Shown one piece after another: positions 56,014 through 64,000 of a stretch of 64,000 bases of DNA. The stretch's first letter is position 1, and every line of letters begins with the position of its first letter. The stretch is from Acidobacteriota bacterium (GTDB lineage Bacteria > Acidobacteriota > UBA6911 > RPQK01 > JAJDTT01). Under the pieces are notes generated by a model. That model saw only the letters and a list, made by a program, of their open reading frames with translations, did not search any database and had not been told where the DNA came from. The stretch spans positions 5,344,001-5,408,000 of the forward strand of contig OZ242374.1 of NCBI GenBank assembly GCA_965209055.1, read 5' to 3'. The position numbers and the translations under genes are program-made.

Positions 56014-57618
56014 GTGATTCCTTCCGTTTTTCGGCCTTCTCTCTGCGTCGTTTTCCTCATGGGGCCCCTCTCAAGCCTGAATACAGCATGGACAGAAGCT
56101 GCTGCTGAGGAGAAAGTAGTCCAGCGTCACGAGGAGTCCGACGACTATTTCGAGAAGTGGCTAAAGGAGGACGTCGTCTACATCATCAGTGAGGACGAGA
56201 AGGAGGTATTCGAGAACCTTTCCACAGCGCAGGAGAAGGAGAGGTTCATCGAGCAGTTCTGGTTTCGGAGAGATCCAGATCCTCTTACGGCCGCTAACGA
56301 GTTCAAAGAAGAACACTATCGCAGGATCGCCTATGCCAATGAGAGATTCTCCAGCGGAGATCTTGGATGGTTTACGGATCGGGGCCGAGTTTACATCATC
56401 CACGGTCCCCCGGCGCAGATCGAATCCCACCCCGCGGGAGGAACCTATGAACGGCCCTTTATCGAAGGAGGTGGTACGACTTCTACATTTCCCTTCGAGA
56501 TTTGGAGATACCGATACATTGAGGGGATCGGAACGGACGTCGTCATAGAGTTTGTCGATCCCACACTGACCGGGGAATACCGGCTGGCGCTTCGGCCTCA
56601 GGAAAAGGATGCCCTACGCTATGTTTCCGGGACCGGGCTTACCTTCCAGGAGGAGATGGGGCTGGCTTCCAAAGCCGATCGTCATCTTCGCTCCTACACG
56701 GACTTCGGGTCGCAGAGAATCAGGGATCGTCCCTTCGCTCGATACGAGACCTATGTTCAGGTCCAGCGTGCGACACCCGTCAAGTACCGTGACCTGAAGG
56801 GCCTCGTGGATGTCGACGTGACCTTCGATAACCTGCCGTTTTCTCACCGAGTGGATTACTTCGGCCTCAACGACGAGTTGGTTTTGGTGCTGCTCAGTGC
56901 CGAGCTTGAAACCCGGGAACTCACGTTTGACCAGGAAACAATGAACCGTCGAGCCCGGGTAGCCATTTACGGAATCGTGACCAGTCTGTCCAATCAGATC
57001 GCCGGTGAGTTCGAAGCGGAGCTTGTTGCAAGGTGGGAAGCGCACCGCGACCGCTATGCCTTTCAGAGAATTCTTGTCCTGGAGAGGACGGGCAGATACA
57101 AGCTGGGTCTAGTGATCAAGGACCTGAACAGCGGAAAGACCGGGGTCCGGCGCCTGGGTCTGATTCCACCTCGTCCAGAATCCGACCTGACAGCGAGTTC
57201 CGTTTTTCTCTCCAGGTCCGTCAGGCAACTCGAAGAAGTCCCCGATCAGGAAAAAATGTTTGTTCTGGGCAACTTGCATATCCGACCCAGCCTGGACAAC
57301 GTCTTTGGTCCCTCGGATCAGCTTTACCACTACGTTCAGGTTTACAACTTCGCGTTCGATCAGGCGACGATGCTCCCTTCTCTCAAGCTGGAATATGAAA
57401 TCCGACGGGAGGACCGACCGGTATTGAAGGTGATTGAAGACCAGGGAGATTCCATTCAGTTCGTCTCTTCTCAGCGCGTCGTTCTGCTGCAGCCGTTCTC
57501 TCTGAGCAAGCTGCAGGCCGGCCGCTACAAGATCGCTTTGACGGTCACGGATTTGATCGGCGAAGGCGAGGTTCAAGTCACGGACCATTTTGAAGTGACC
57601 CCCAAGACCCCCGGTTGA
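56014..57618 (+). CDS. GWxTD domain-containing protein
   Basis: YFEKWLKEDVVYII, EHYRRIAYAN, GWFTDRGRVYIIHGPP. Start uncertain: GTG 56014 lies 7 nt after TATACT; alternatives are 55912 and 56059. Confidence 0.9.
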   Translation: MIPSVFRPSLCVVFLMGPLSSLNTAWTEAAAEEKVVQRHEESDDYFEKWLKEDVVYIISEDEKEVFENLSTAQEKERFIEQFWFRRDPDPLTAANEFKEEHYRRIAYANERFSSGDLGWFTDRGRVYIIHGPPAQIESHPAGGTYERPFIEGGGTTSTFPFEIWRYRYIEGIGTDVVIEFVDPTLTGEYRLALRPQEKDALRYVSGTGLTFQEEMGLASKADRHLRSYTDFGSQRIRDRPFARYETYVQVQRATPVKYRDLKGLVDVDVTFDNLPFSHRVDYFGLNDELVLVLLSAELETRELTFDQETMNRRARVAIYGIVTSLSNQIAGEFEAELVARWEAHRDRYAFQRILVLERTGRYKLGLVIKDLNSGKTGVRRLGLIPPRPESDLTASSVFLSRSVRQLEEVPDQEKMFVLGNLHIRPSLDNVFGPSDQLYHYVQVYNFAFDQATMLPSLKLEYEIRREDRPVLKVIEDQGDSIQFVSSQRVVLLQPFSLSKLQAGRYKIALTVTDLIGEGEVQVTDHFEVTPKTPG

Positions 57619-57699
57619 GCGCGCTCCTCCTCCTCGTGGCTTGTGTCCGGGTGGCCAAATCGGCTTGGCGGCGCCTCCCAGGAGGTGTCCACTCGGAAA

Positions 57700-58959
57700 T
57701 CACGAGTTCCCTTTCTCCAACCATATTTCGTCGAAGAGACTCACGTAGATACCACATGGGTTCACCCGGCCCTCCACCTTTTCGGTGGAGTAGCCGTAGT
57801 AGGCACACAGGATTGTGCCGTCCTCCAATTGCGTGGCCTGCGGATATCCGATGTCGGAATTGCCCGGTTCCCACACGCGCAGTTCCTTCATCGTCTTCAG
57901 ATCCCAGCTTCTGCCTTCATCTCGACTCAAGATCGCCCTGACCGAAAAAGGGGGACGACGATGGCCATAAACCAGCAGCAACGCTCCGCTTTGCAAACGC
58001 TTCAGGTAGGCGGGATGACCCCACACGAGCGTCCTGACAGGACGGCTCCAGGTCAAGCCGTTGTCATGTGATTCCGCCTGGTAGAGATAATCCCACCGGG
58101 CATACGGATCATGACGCGCCTCCGTCTTCGTGACCGCGCGAGGCCGGTCGACGCGCAACAGGGCCAACACCTTCCCGTTGGGGCCGGCCAGGATACCGGG
58201 CTCTCCCCACCAGAAAGGGTGGGGGTTGGGAATATGTGAAAAATAGCGCCAGGATCGACCCTCGTCTTCACTGCGCAGGAAAACGGAGGTCCCTCGCATT
58301 CCAGCTCCACCGTAGGACTGGCTGTACGCGGACCCGGCAGCCAGCAGAGCGCCGTCGCTGGTCCGGTCCATGGTGTGGAACTTAAAGTTTGGATAGGGCC
58401 CCACATCCGTCAGGGGTACGGCTTGCACCGAAGGCAAACCGTTCGAGTACGGCATCCAGCCCACCTGCCCCTTTTGGATCAGGGCATAGGAGAGCACGTG
58501 GGATCTCATGAAGGTGATGGTAACCATGCCGCCGTCGTGGAGAGGCTCGCCATAGGACGCATCGACTATCTTGCCGACCCAGGGAGGGCGGTCGGTCGTC
58601 ACCCAGTTATGGCCTCCGTCGTCCGAGATCGACCAGTGATGAACGGACACGGAATGATAGTGGTGGTGAGTTTGCAGATTCTGGAGCTTGTCGATCTCTG
58701 CCATGCCATAGGACAGAACGATCTGTTTCGGGGTCAGGATCACCTGCGGGGCGTTGGCGAAGTATCCCAGGCTGCGCCGCGGCGTACCAAGCGGCGGTGT
58801 GCAGACGGCCACATTCACCTTGGTGCCTGGTGGACGCCCGGAGGGTTCCTGTTCAATAGGGGCGGAAGCCGGACCAGAGGCGAACGCCCTGTGGCCGGCC
58901 AGCGTCGCGCCAGCGGCAGTCCCCACAAAACCTCGACGGGTGATTCGACTCATGATCAT
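57700..58959 (-). CDS. BNR/Asp-box sialidase-like protein, Tat-exported
   Basis: TRRGFV signal; SDDGGHNW, SEDEGRSW, SHDNGLTW, SRDEGRSW. Confidence 0.85.
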   Translation of the reverse strand: MIMSRITRRGFVGTAAGATLAGHRAFASGPASAPIEQEPSGRPPGTKVNVAVCTPPLGTPRRSLGYFANAPQVILTPKQIVLSYGMAEIDKLQNLQTHHHYHSVSVHHWSISDDGGHNWVTTDRPPWVGKIVDASYGEPLHDGGMVTITFMRSHVLSYALIQKGQVGWMPYSNGLPSVQAVPLTDVGPYPNFKFHTMDRTSDGALLAAGSAYSQSYGGAGMRGTSVFLRSEDEGRSWRYFSHIPNPHPFWWGEPGILAGPNGKVLALLRVDRPRAVTKTEARHDPYARWDYLYQAESHDNGLTWSRPVRTLVWGHPAYLKRLQSGALLLVYGHRRPPFSVRAILSRDEGRSWDLKTMKELRVWEPGNSDIGYPQATQLEDGTILCAYYGYSTEKVEGRVNPCGIYVSLFDEIWLEKGNS

Positions 58960-58986
58960 GCCTCCTTTCGCGACGGGAAGGGTGAG

Positions 58987-60315
58987 TCATTTCCGCTGTA
59001 CCTCGATGGGCAGAACAAAGATGCGGGTGAGATCGCCCGCGTGGGCCGGTTTTGGTTTTGCCCCGCGGTCATAAACGAGAAGCAGCCGATTCGGGGAGAC
59101 TTCCACCATCTCGGTATAGGCCGAGGTCTGAGTGCGTCCCTCACGACCAGGAGTGGATGCGTCGTACGCGTAAGAGCCGATGCGATAGGTGGCGTCAGGC
59201 GCCCATCCGTTGTGGTGCTCTGCGATATCGATGCTCTGCCAGCTTTCACCTCGGCGATCGGTGGAAAGCCAAAGCCAGATACCGGGCCGGCCGGTGGAGA
59301 TGACGATCGTTCCATTGGCGACGCGCTGCATGCTGGGTTCCACGCTGTAGGCAGGGATGGGTTCCGCTTTCGTCCAGCTGCGGCCCCCATCACTGCTGTA
59401 GGTTCGGTGCAGGTACCAGGGGAGGCCGCTGCCCACGCGAAAAACGGCCATCAGATCTCCATCCTCAAGCTGGATGAGGGCCGTTTCGCTGGGACCATTG
59501 GCCCCCCTCTTGGGCGACTCGGGCATGACGGCAGGATCGGAGATCGTAGAAAAGTAGCGCCAGGTCCGTCCCCGGTCTTCGGAGACAAAAAGCAGGCTGC
59601 TCATCAATTCCTCCGGATACGCATTTGTGCTGAGGTATCCGGTCACGAAAAGCTTCCCTTCCAGTTCAAAAGCGTTGCCGTCCAGTTTGGTCCGCGCAAT
59701 CCAGTTCGTTCGCGGAATGGGACTGGGAAACATATCCACGGCCCAGGGCAGGTCCACGATTTTCGTTCCACCCGGTTCAAAGATGAGCCGATCTCCTCCT
59801 TGTTCAAAGCGGCAGTATGGAGCATGCAGGTTGTGTCTGTCCTCGGGGTCCGACTGATAGAATTGGGAAGGTATAGCCAGCAGAGAGCCCTCGGTTTGGG
59901 GAAAATAGATCCAAGGCTGATGATCGGGAATCAGGTCGTAGCGATGTCCCCAGGTCTTGCCCCCATCCTTGGAGATCTGGAAGGCCCTGAGGTAAACCGG
60001 CTCTTCGTTCGTATCCCCCACCAGCGAATAGGTCACCATAAGTTCACCCGTAGGGAATTTTGCAATGGTGGGAAGAGGGTGAATGAAAGCCCAGGGCCCA
60101 TCCGAACCGCTCCGCCACGCCCTCTGGGCGGTTATCTGGATGGGTCGGCCCAAGCGCACTTGCAGCCCTTCTAACTTCACCTCGCTCATTATTTCCGCTG
60201 CGAACGTGCCTGAAGCATGAATTCGCTGGGTTTGGTCGCAGCTAGAAATAGACACTAGAACCCACAGCAGTAACGTCCGCTTCGACCAGAAGCTGTAGTC
60301 ATGCAATTGGTCCAT
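58987..60315 (-). CDS. BNR/Asp-box sialidase-like lipoprotein
   Basis: Lipobox-like ISSC; SKDGGKTW, SEDRGRTW, SSDGGRSW; start ATG 60315 or GTG 60333. Confidence 0.83.
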   Translation of the reverse strand: MDQLHDYSFWSKRTLLLWVLVSISSCDQTQRIHASGTFAAEIMSEVKLEGLQVRLGRPIQITAQRAWRSGSDGPWAFIHPLPTIAKFPTGELMVTYSLVGDTNEEPVYLRAFQISKDGGKTWGHRYDLIPDHQPWIYFPQTEGSLLAIPSQFYQSDPEDRHNLHAPYCRFEQGGDRLIFEPGGTKIVDLPWAVDMFPSPIPRTNWIARTKLDGNAFELEGKLFVTGYLSTNAYPEELMSSLLFVSEDRGRTWRYFSTISDPAVMPESPKRGANGPSETALIQLEDGDLMAVFRVGSGLPWYLHRTYSSDGGRSWTKAEPIPAYSVEPSMQRVANGTIVISTGRPGIWLWLSTDRRGESWQSIDIAEHHNGWAPDATYRIGSYAYDASTPGREGRTQTSAYTEMVEVSPNRLLLVYDRGAKPKPAHAGDLTRIFVLPIEVQRK

Positions 60316-60428
60316 GCCACTTCCCCTTACCACTCAATTATGTTGGTGATATTCGGCTGGCCGGGGATCACGTCGAAACACCCAGCCTTCCGGGATTCGC
60401 GATTGATTATCTCCTTCCTCGCTGGTAC

Positions 60429-60443
60429 TTTATAAGTTATAAA
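60429..60443. promoter_or_regulatory. Perfect AT-rich palindrome (putative operator)
   Basis: TTTATAA-G-TTATAAA in the divergent intergenic region. Confidence 0.6.
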
Positions 60444-60537
60444 TGAGTCGGTGGCAAGTCGCTACCTCAACGGCGAGGCGCTCGTTGCCTAGCCTGGAAA
60501 GCAACGGCGTTTGCCGGGCTGGCGGAAGTGGACGCGT

Positions 60538-60577
60538 AGCGGTTCTAATGCCATGGCAGCGGTTCGTATGCCATGGA
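60538..60577 (+). repeat. 20-bp tandem duplication
   Basis: AGCGGTTCTAATGCCATGGC / AGCGGTTCGTATGCCATGGA (17/20 identical). Confidence 0.8.
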
Positions 60578-60742
60578 GGATGGCTACGCACTCCTCCTCA
60601 AGAAGCGGGCTTGGGAATCGTTGTCAGCGACGGAATCAAGAACCGCTATCTTTTCGTCCCGGGCAGTCGAGAGCAATGCGGCGTAGTCGGCAACGTCATG
60701 ACAGATTGAGAATTCCGTGCTTTTTTGACCCGGAGTAGAACG

Positions 60743-62536
60743 ATGCACAACCGACGAATATTCCTGGGAAGGGCAGGCGCTCTCGCCGGCATGGTCCCCG
60801 CCTCACTTGGCCAAAGCCTGCACGGAACTGGACGAACCCCAACCAAATTGAAACCAGTCAAGGGGCGACGGCGACGGATTGTCTGGAACAACGACGGCAG
60901 CGACATGTTGCAGCCGGCATACGCCGGCGGAAAATGGCCGATTCCGATGAAATCCGTGAAGGCTTTTCTCGAGGGTACGCTCAAGTGCGTCGAAGGCACT
61001 CAGGTCGACAGCATATTTTATTGTGCCCACGTGAATGAACCGGACTGGGAGATTCCCACCAAGTACATTAAGGTCTTGGGGGCGAACCCGGTCAAGCACG
61101 TGGTGGATTTTGCCCACCGCAACGGAATGGAGTTTTTCTACGCCATCCGTATGAATGACGTCCATGCGGGACGCTATCCGGCCAAACCCTCCTACTGGCC
61201 GCCCTTTCGGCTCCAGCATCCGGAACTTCTGATGGGTTATATCTCCCGCGAACACTGGGAGCAGAAAGTCACGCCCTGGGTCGAGCGATTCATGGCCATT
61301 GAAAAAGAACGTTGGGAAAGGAAGCTCTACGATCCACAAAAGGAAGTGGAATTGCGCCGCCTGGCAGAGCAAGAACATCCGCTCGCGGAGGTGTTCCAGC
61401 GCAACGGAGTGGCCTCGCGTGACCTGTGGTTCTGGGCAGGTTATGACTGGGCGCTACCTCCCGTGCGATCTCGTTACCTGGAAGTCGTCGAAGGCGCTTG
61501 CCGACGTTACGATCTGGAGGGCATCGAGCTCGACTGGCTGAGACACACCGGGTATTTCAAGCTGGGCGAGGAACGCCGCAACATCCCCATCATGAACGAC
61601 TTCGTTCGCCAAGTGCGGCAGCGTCTGGACCACTATGCCCAGAAAAGAGGCCGTCCCATTTTGCTGGCGGTAAGGACTCCTGACACGATCGACGCAAGTT
61701 TGTCGATCGGACTGGATCCGGAGACGTGGGTCCGTGAAGGTTGGGTCGATCTTTTGATGGCCGGAACGGGTCTGATGCCGTTTTCAGTTCCCATGGCCGA
61801 GTGGGTGGACCTCGGGCACCGTTATCACGTCCCGGTCTACGGATGCCTGGACCGCTTGTATGCCACCTTTCGCACCGGCCGCCCGAAATACGACATGCGG
61901 GACCCTGACATAGAAGGAGACGACGCATCGCACTACGACTCCGTTAATGCGGCTTGTCATCGGTTTTGGAACGAAGGCGTAGACGGCATCTACGTGTACA
62001 ATTGGCACACGCATCACGGCCCCACCGATCCCCGGGATTACGGTACGGTGCCACGGGTCGGCGAGCCAGGACCTCTGGTGCGCCGGAACAAGCTCTATCG
62101 GATCGATACCGATAATTATTACTCCAGTGGCGCCATCGGGGACAGTTGCATGCCCCCTCAGTTGCCGAAAGCTTTCACCACTCAGGCGGGTCCTTCCAGT
62201 GATCGCTTCACTTTGCGGATTGCGGACGATCCTGACTCCGTTGCTCGCGCGGCGCTGCAGATCCGGTGGAAGCGGCCCGGGGACCCCAGTCGAGCCAGTT
62301 GGCAACTGAATGGGACACCTTTATCGGACCCCCGGCCCTTGTCTGTCAAAGGGTATGGAGCATCCTACGGGTTCGGGTTCCAGGAGGAAGCTGGTTGGAG
62401 CGCGTTTGAAGTCTCCCCCCAGGCCTTGAAAAGAGGAGAAAACAAGCTGCGGATCGTGGTCCAGCCTCCTGACGCTGGTGACCCGGCCAGACCCGTCGAA
62501 CTACTCGAAATCCGCCTCTGGATCGGCTATTCCTGA
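60743..62536 (+). CDS. Glycosyl-hydrolase-like (GHL10-type) TIM-barrel protein, Tat-exported
   Basis: NRRIFLG signal; RIVWNNDG, IRMNDVH, HPELL, YDLEGIELDWLRH, GLDPETWVREGWVD, GVDGIYVYNW. Confidence 0.72.
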   Translation: MHNRRIFLGRAGALAGMVPASLGQSLHGTGRTPTKLKPVKGRRRRIVWNNDGSDMLQPAYAGGKWPIPMKSVKAFLEGTLKCVEGTQVDSIFYCAHVNEPDWEIPTKYIKVLGANPVKHVVDFAHRNGMEFFYAIRMNDVHAGRYPAKPSYWPPFRLQHPELLMGYISREHWEQKVTPWVERFMAIEKERWERKLYDPQKEVELRRLAEQEHPLAEVFQRNGVASRDLWFWAGYDWALPPVRSRYLEVVEGACRRYDLEGIELDWLRHTGYFKLGEERRNIPIMNDFVRQVRQRLDHYAQKRGRPILLAVRTPDTIDASLSIGLDPETWVREGWVDLLMAGTGLMPFSVPMAEWVDLGHRYHVPVYGCLDRLYATFRTGRPKYDMRDPDIEGDDASHYDSVNAACHRFWNEGVDGIYVYNWHTHHGPTDPRDYGTVPRVGEPGPLVRRNKLYRIDTDNYYSSGAIGDSCMPPQLPKAFTTQAGPSSDRFTLRIADDPDSVARAALQIRWKRPGDPSRASWQLNGTPLSDPRPLSVKGYGASYGFGFQEEAGWSAFEVSPQALKRGENKLRIVVQPPDAGDPARPVELLEIRLWIGYS

Positions 62537-62637
62537 AGCTTCTGCCGCAGATGCGGAACACTCAATTTGAGGAAACGCAGTAGTTGAGTATTTGTGACCG
62601 GCGCCGGCATCGACCGCTTGGCCCGGTAGGGGGAGTC

Positions 62638-64000
62638 ATGCTCAAACCCTTTTCAATTTGTGTGGCAATCCTTTACGCCGTATGTCTGGTCTGGGGAGAG
62701 CCGGGAGACAAGGGCGTCCTTTTCGTGAATGAAATCATGACCGCCAGTGCATTTGCCAACGGGGCGATGGATGAAGATGGCGATTTCCAAGGCTGGATCG
62801 AACTCTACAACAGCGGAGACAACGCGATCGAACTGACCGGCTATTACCTTTCCAATGATCCTCAGCAGCCCAGGAGATGGAGATTCCCGGCTGGCGATGT
62901 TTCCCCTCACGGGTTTCTGGTGATCTGGGCCTCCGCCAAGAACAAGATCGGAGCCAACGGAGAGCTGCACGCGAACTTTCGGCTATCGGGTGCCGGGCCG
63001 GTTCTTCTCACCGCCCCCGACGGAATCACGTTGATAGACTCGCTTCAGGCCCCTTCCGAAATCGACAGTGACGAATCCTATGGAAGACATCCTGACGGGC
63101 GCGACGAGCGGATTTTCTATACCAACCTGACCAGTACGCCGGGAAAGTCGAATCGAGAGCCGGAATTCTGGGCCAAGGTGATCAACCGTGCCCCCTTTCC
63201 CCCTCGAGACTACGGTGGCGATGTGGTTTTCGCCGGGAAAATGTGGCTTCTCGGGGGCTGGCCCGGGAGAAAAAAGGATGTCTGGCACTCCTCTGACGGG
63301 ATTAACTGGACGCTGGCAACGGCAAACCCTGGTTGGCCGGGGCGCCATGTCTTCGGCTGCGTGGTCTTCAACGACAGAATCTGGGTCATCGGCGGGACGT
63401 CGCTTGAGTCTGACGTTTGGCACTCCAGCAACGGCGTCGACTGGATCCAGGCGACTTCCCAGGCTCCCTGGGGACCCGACAAACCGGGCCGTGCTGTTGT
63501 CCACAGGGGCAAGATGTGGTTCCTCGCCCATGGGAAGACGCTTTGGTCCTCGACCGACGGAGTCGACTGGACCCAGACCATGAGCCAGGCTCCTTGGCCT
63601 GAACGGGGAAGCCCCACTTTTCAAGTCTTCAAGGATCGGCTGTGGGTGATGGGAGGAGGCACCTGGAGAACGGGTGACGACGCCATCTACAACGACGTCT
63701 GGTATTCCTCCGACGGTATGAACTGGTCGTGTGCGACCAGGAGTGCGCCTTGGCCTGCGAGGCGGTGGGCGGCCAGTCAGGTTTATCGCAACAAACTGTG
63801 GCTCGTGGGAGGGCACTACGGTCTGGATGGCGATCCGAAAAACTACAACGATGTCTGGTATACGGAAGACGGTGTCCACTGGGAACCCTTCATCTCGAAG
63901 ACGATCTTTACCCCTCGGCACTCCTCTCAGTCCTGGGTTTACCAAGACACCCTGTGGCTGGCGGGCGGTTACTATCACTCCTTCGCCCTCTATAACGATG
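62638..64000 (+). CDS. Secreted lamin-tail-domain + Kelch-like repeat protein (runs off window; absent from ORF track)
   Basis: GGGGGAG RBS; frame open to window end; LTD motifs VNEIMT, WIELYN, LTGYYLS, HANFRLS, SYGRHPDG, TPGKSN; then repeats KMWLLGG..DVWHSSDGINW. Confidence 0.88.
   Translation, partial: MLKPFSICVAILYAVCLVWGEPGDKGVLFVNEIMTASAFANGAMDEDGDFQGWIELYNSGDNAIELTGYYLSNDPQQPRRWRFPAGDVSPHGFLVIWASAKNKIGANGELHANFRLSGAGPVLLTAPDGITLIDSLQAPSEIDSDESYGRHPDGRDERIFYTNLTSTPGKSNREPEFWAKVINRAPFPPRDYGGDVVFAGKMWLLGGWPGRKKDVWHSSDGINWTLATANPGWPGRHVFGCVVFNDRIWVIGGTSLESDVWHSSNGVDWIQATSQAPWGPDKPGRAVVHRGKMWFLAHGKTLWSSTDGVDWTQTMSQAPWPERGSPTFQVFKDRLWVMGGGTWRTGDDAIYNDVWYSSDGMNWSCATRSAPWPARRWAASQVYRNKLWLVGGHYGLDGDPKNYNDVWYTEDGVHWEPFISKTIFTPRHSSQSWVYQDTLWLAGGYYHSFALYND

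Noticed and set aside
58375-60174. 599-aa plus-strand ORF spanning two BNR genes
   Set aside because: Antisense shadow with no recognisable domain; the minus-strand genes carry clear Asp-box motifs.
1-64000. tRNA, rRNA, riboswitch or recoded (Sec/Pyl) genes
   Set aside because: No cloverleaf, rRNA-like tract or in-frame-stop read-through pattern recognised by eye; an Infernal/Rfam scan is needed to exclude small RNAs.

Overview
High-GC bacterial DNA, most likely Acidobacteriota. This is an inference from two GWxTD-domain proteins, four CRTAC1/ASPIC-UnbV proteins, an Oar-type TonB-dependent receptor and four TPR proteins. The window holds about 48 genes. A short housekeeping block (ogt-xerD-murJ <> lpxD) sits among accessory genes for secreted beta-propellers, BNR/sialidase-like, ceramidase-like and other hydrolases, oxidoreductases and two sodium:solute symporters. 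There are three type II toxin-antitoxin (TA) modules (hicBA, yefM-yoeB, fitA-like/vapC) and an IS5 transposase relic. I saw no rRNA, tRNA or CRISPR array. Best leads: (1) two TA modules directly downstream of lpxD are interleaved with decayed copies of lpxD's own 3' end, suggesting TA islets captured by recombination into an essential lipid A gene; (2) a recurring CRTAC1/TPR/TBDR/GWxTD cell-envelope module with varying partner enzymes; (3) a shared AT-rich palindrome WTATAA-N-TTATMW in three divergent promoter regions; (4) a Tat-exported amidohydrolase coupled to an apparently dead paralog; (5) a hicB whose expected stop codon reads TGG. All family calls come from motif recognition by eye; no database searches were run.
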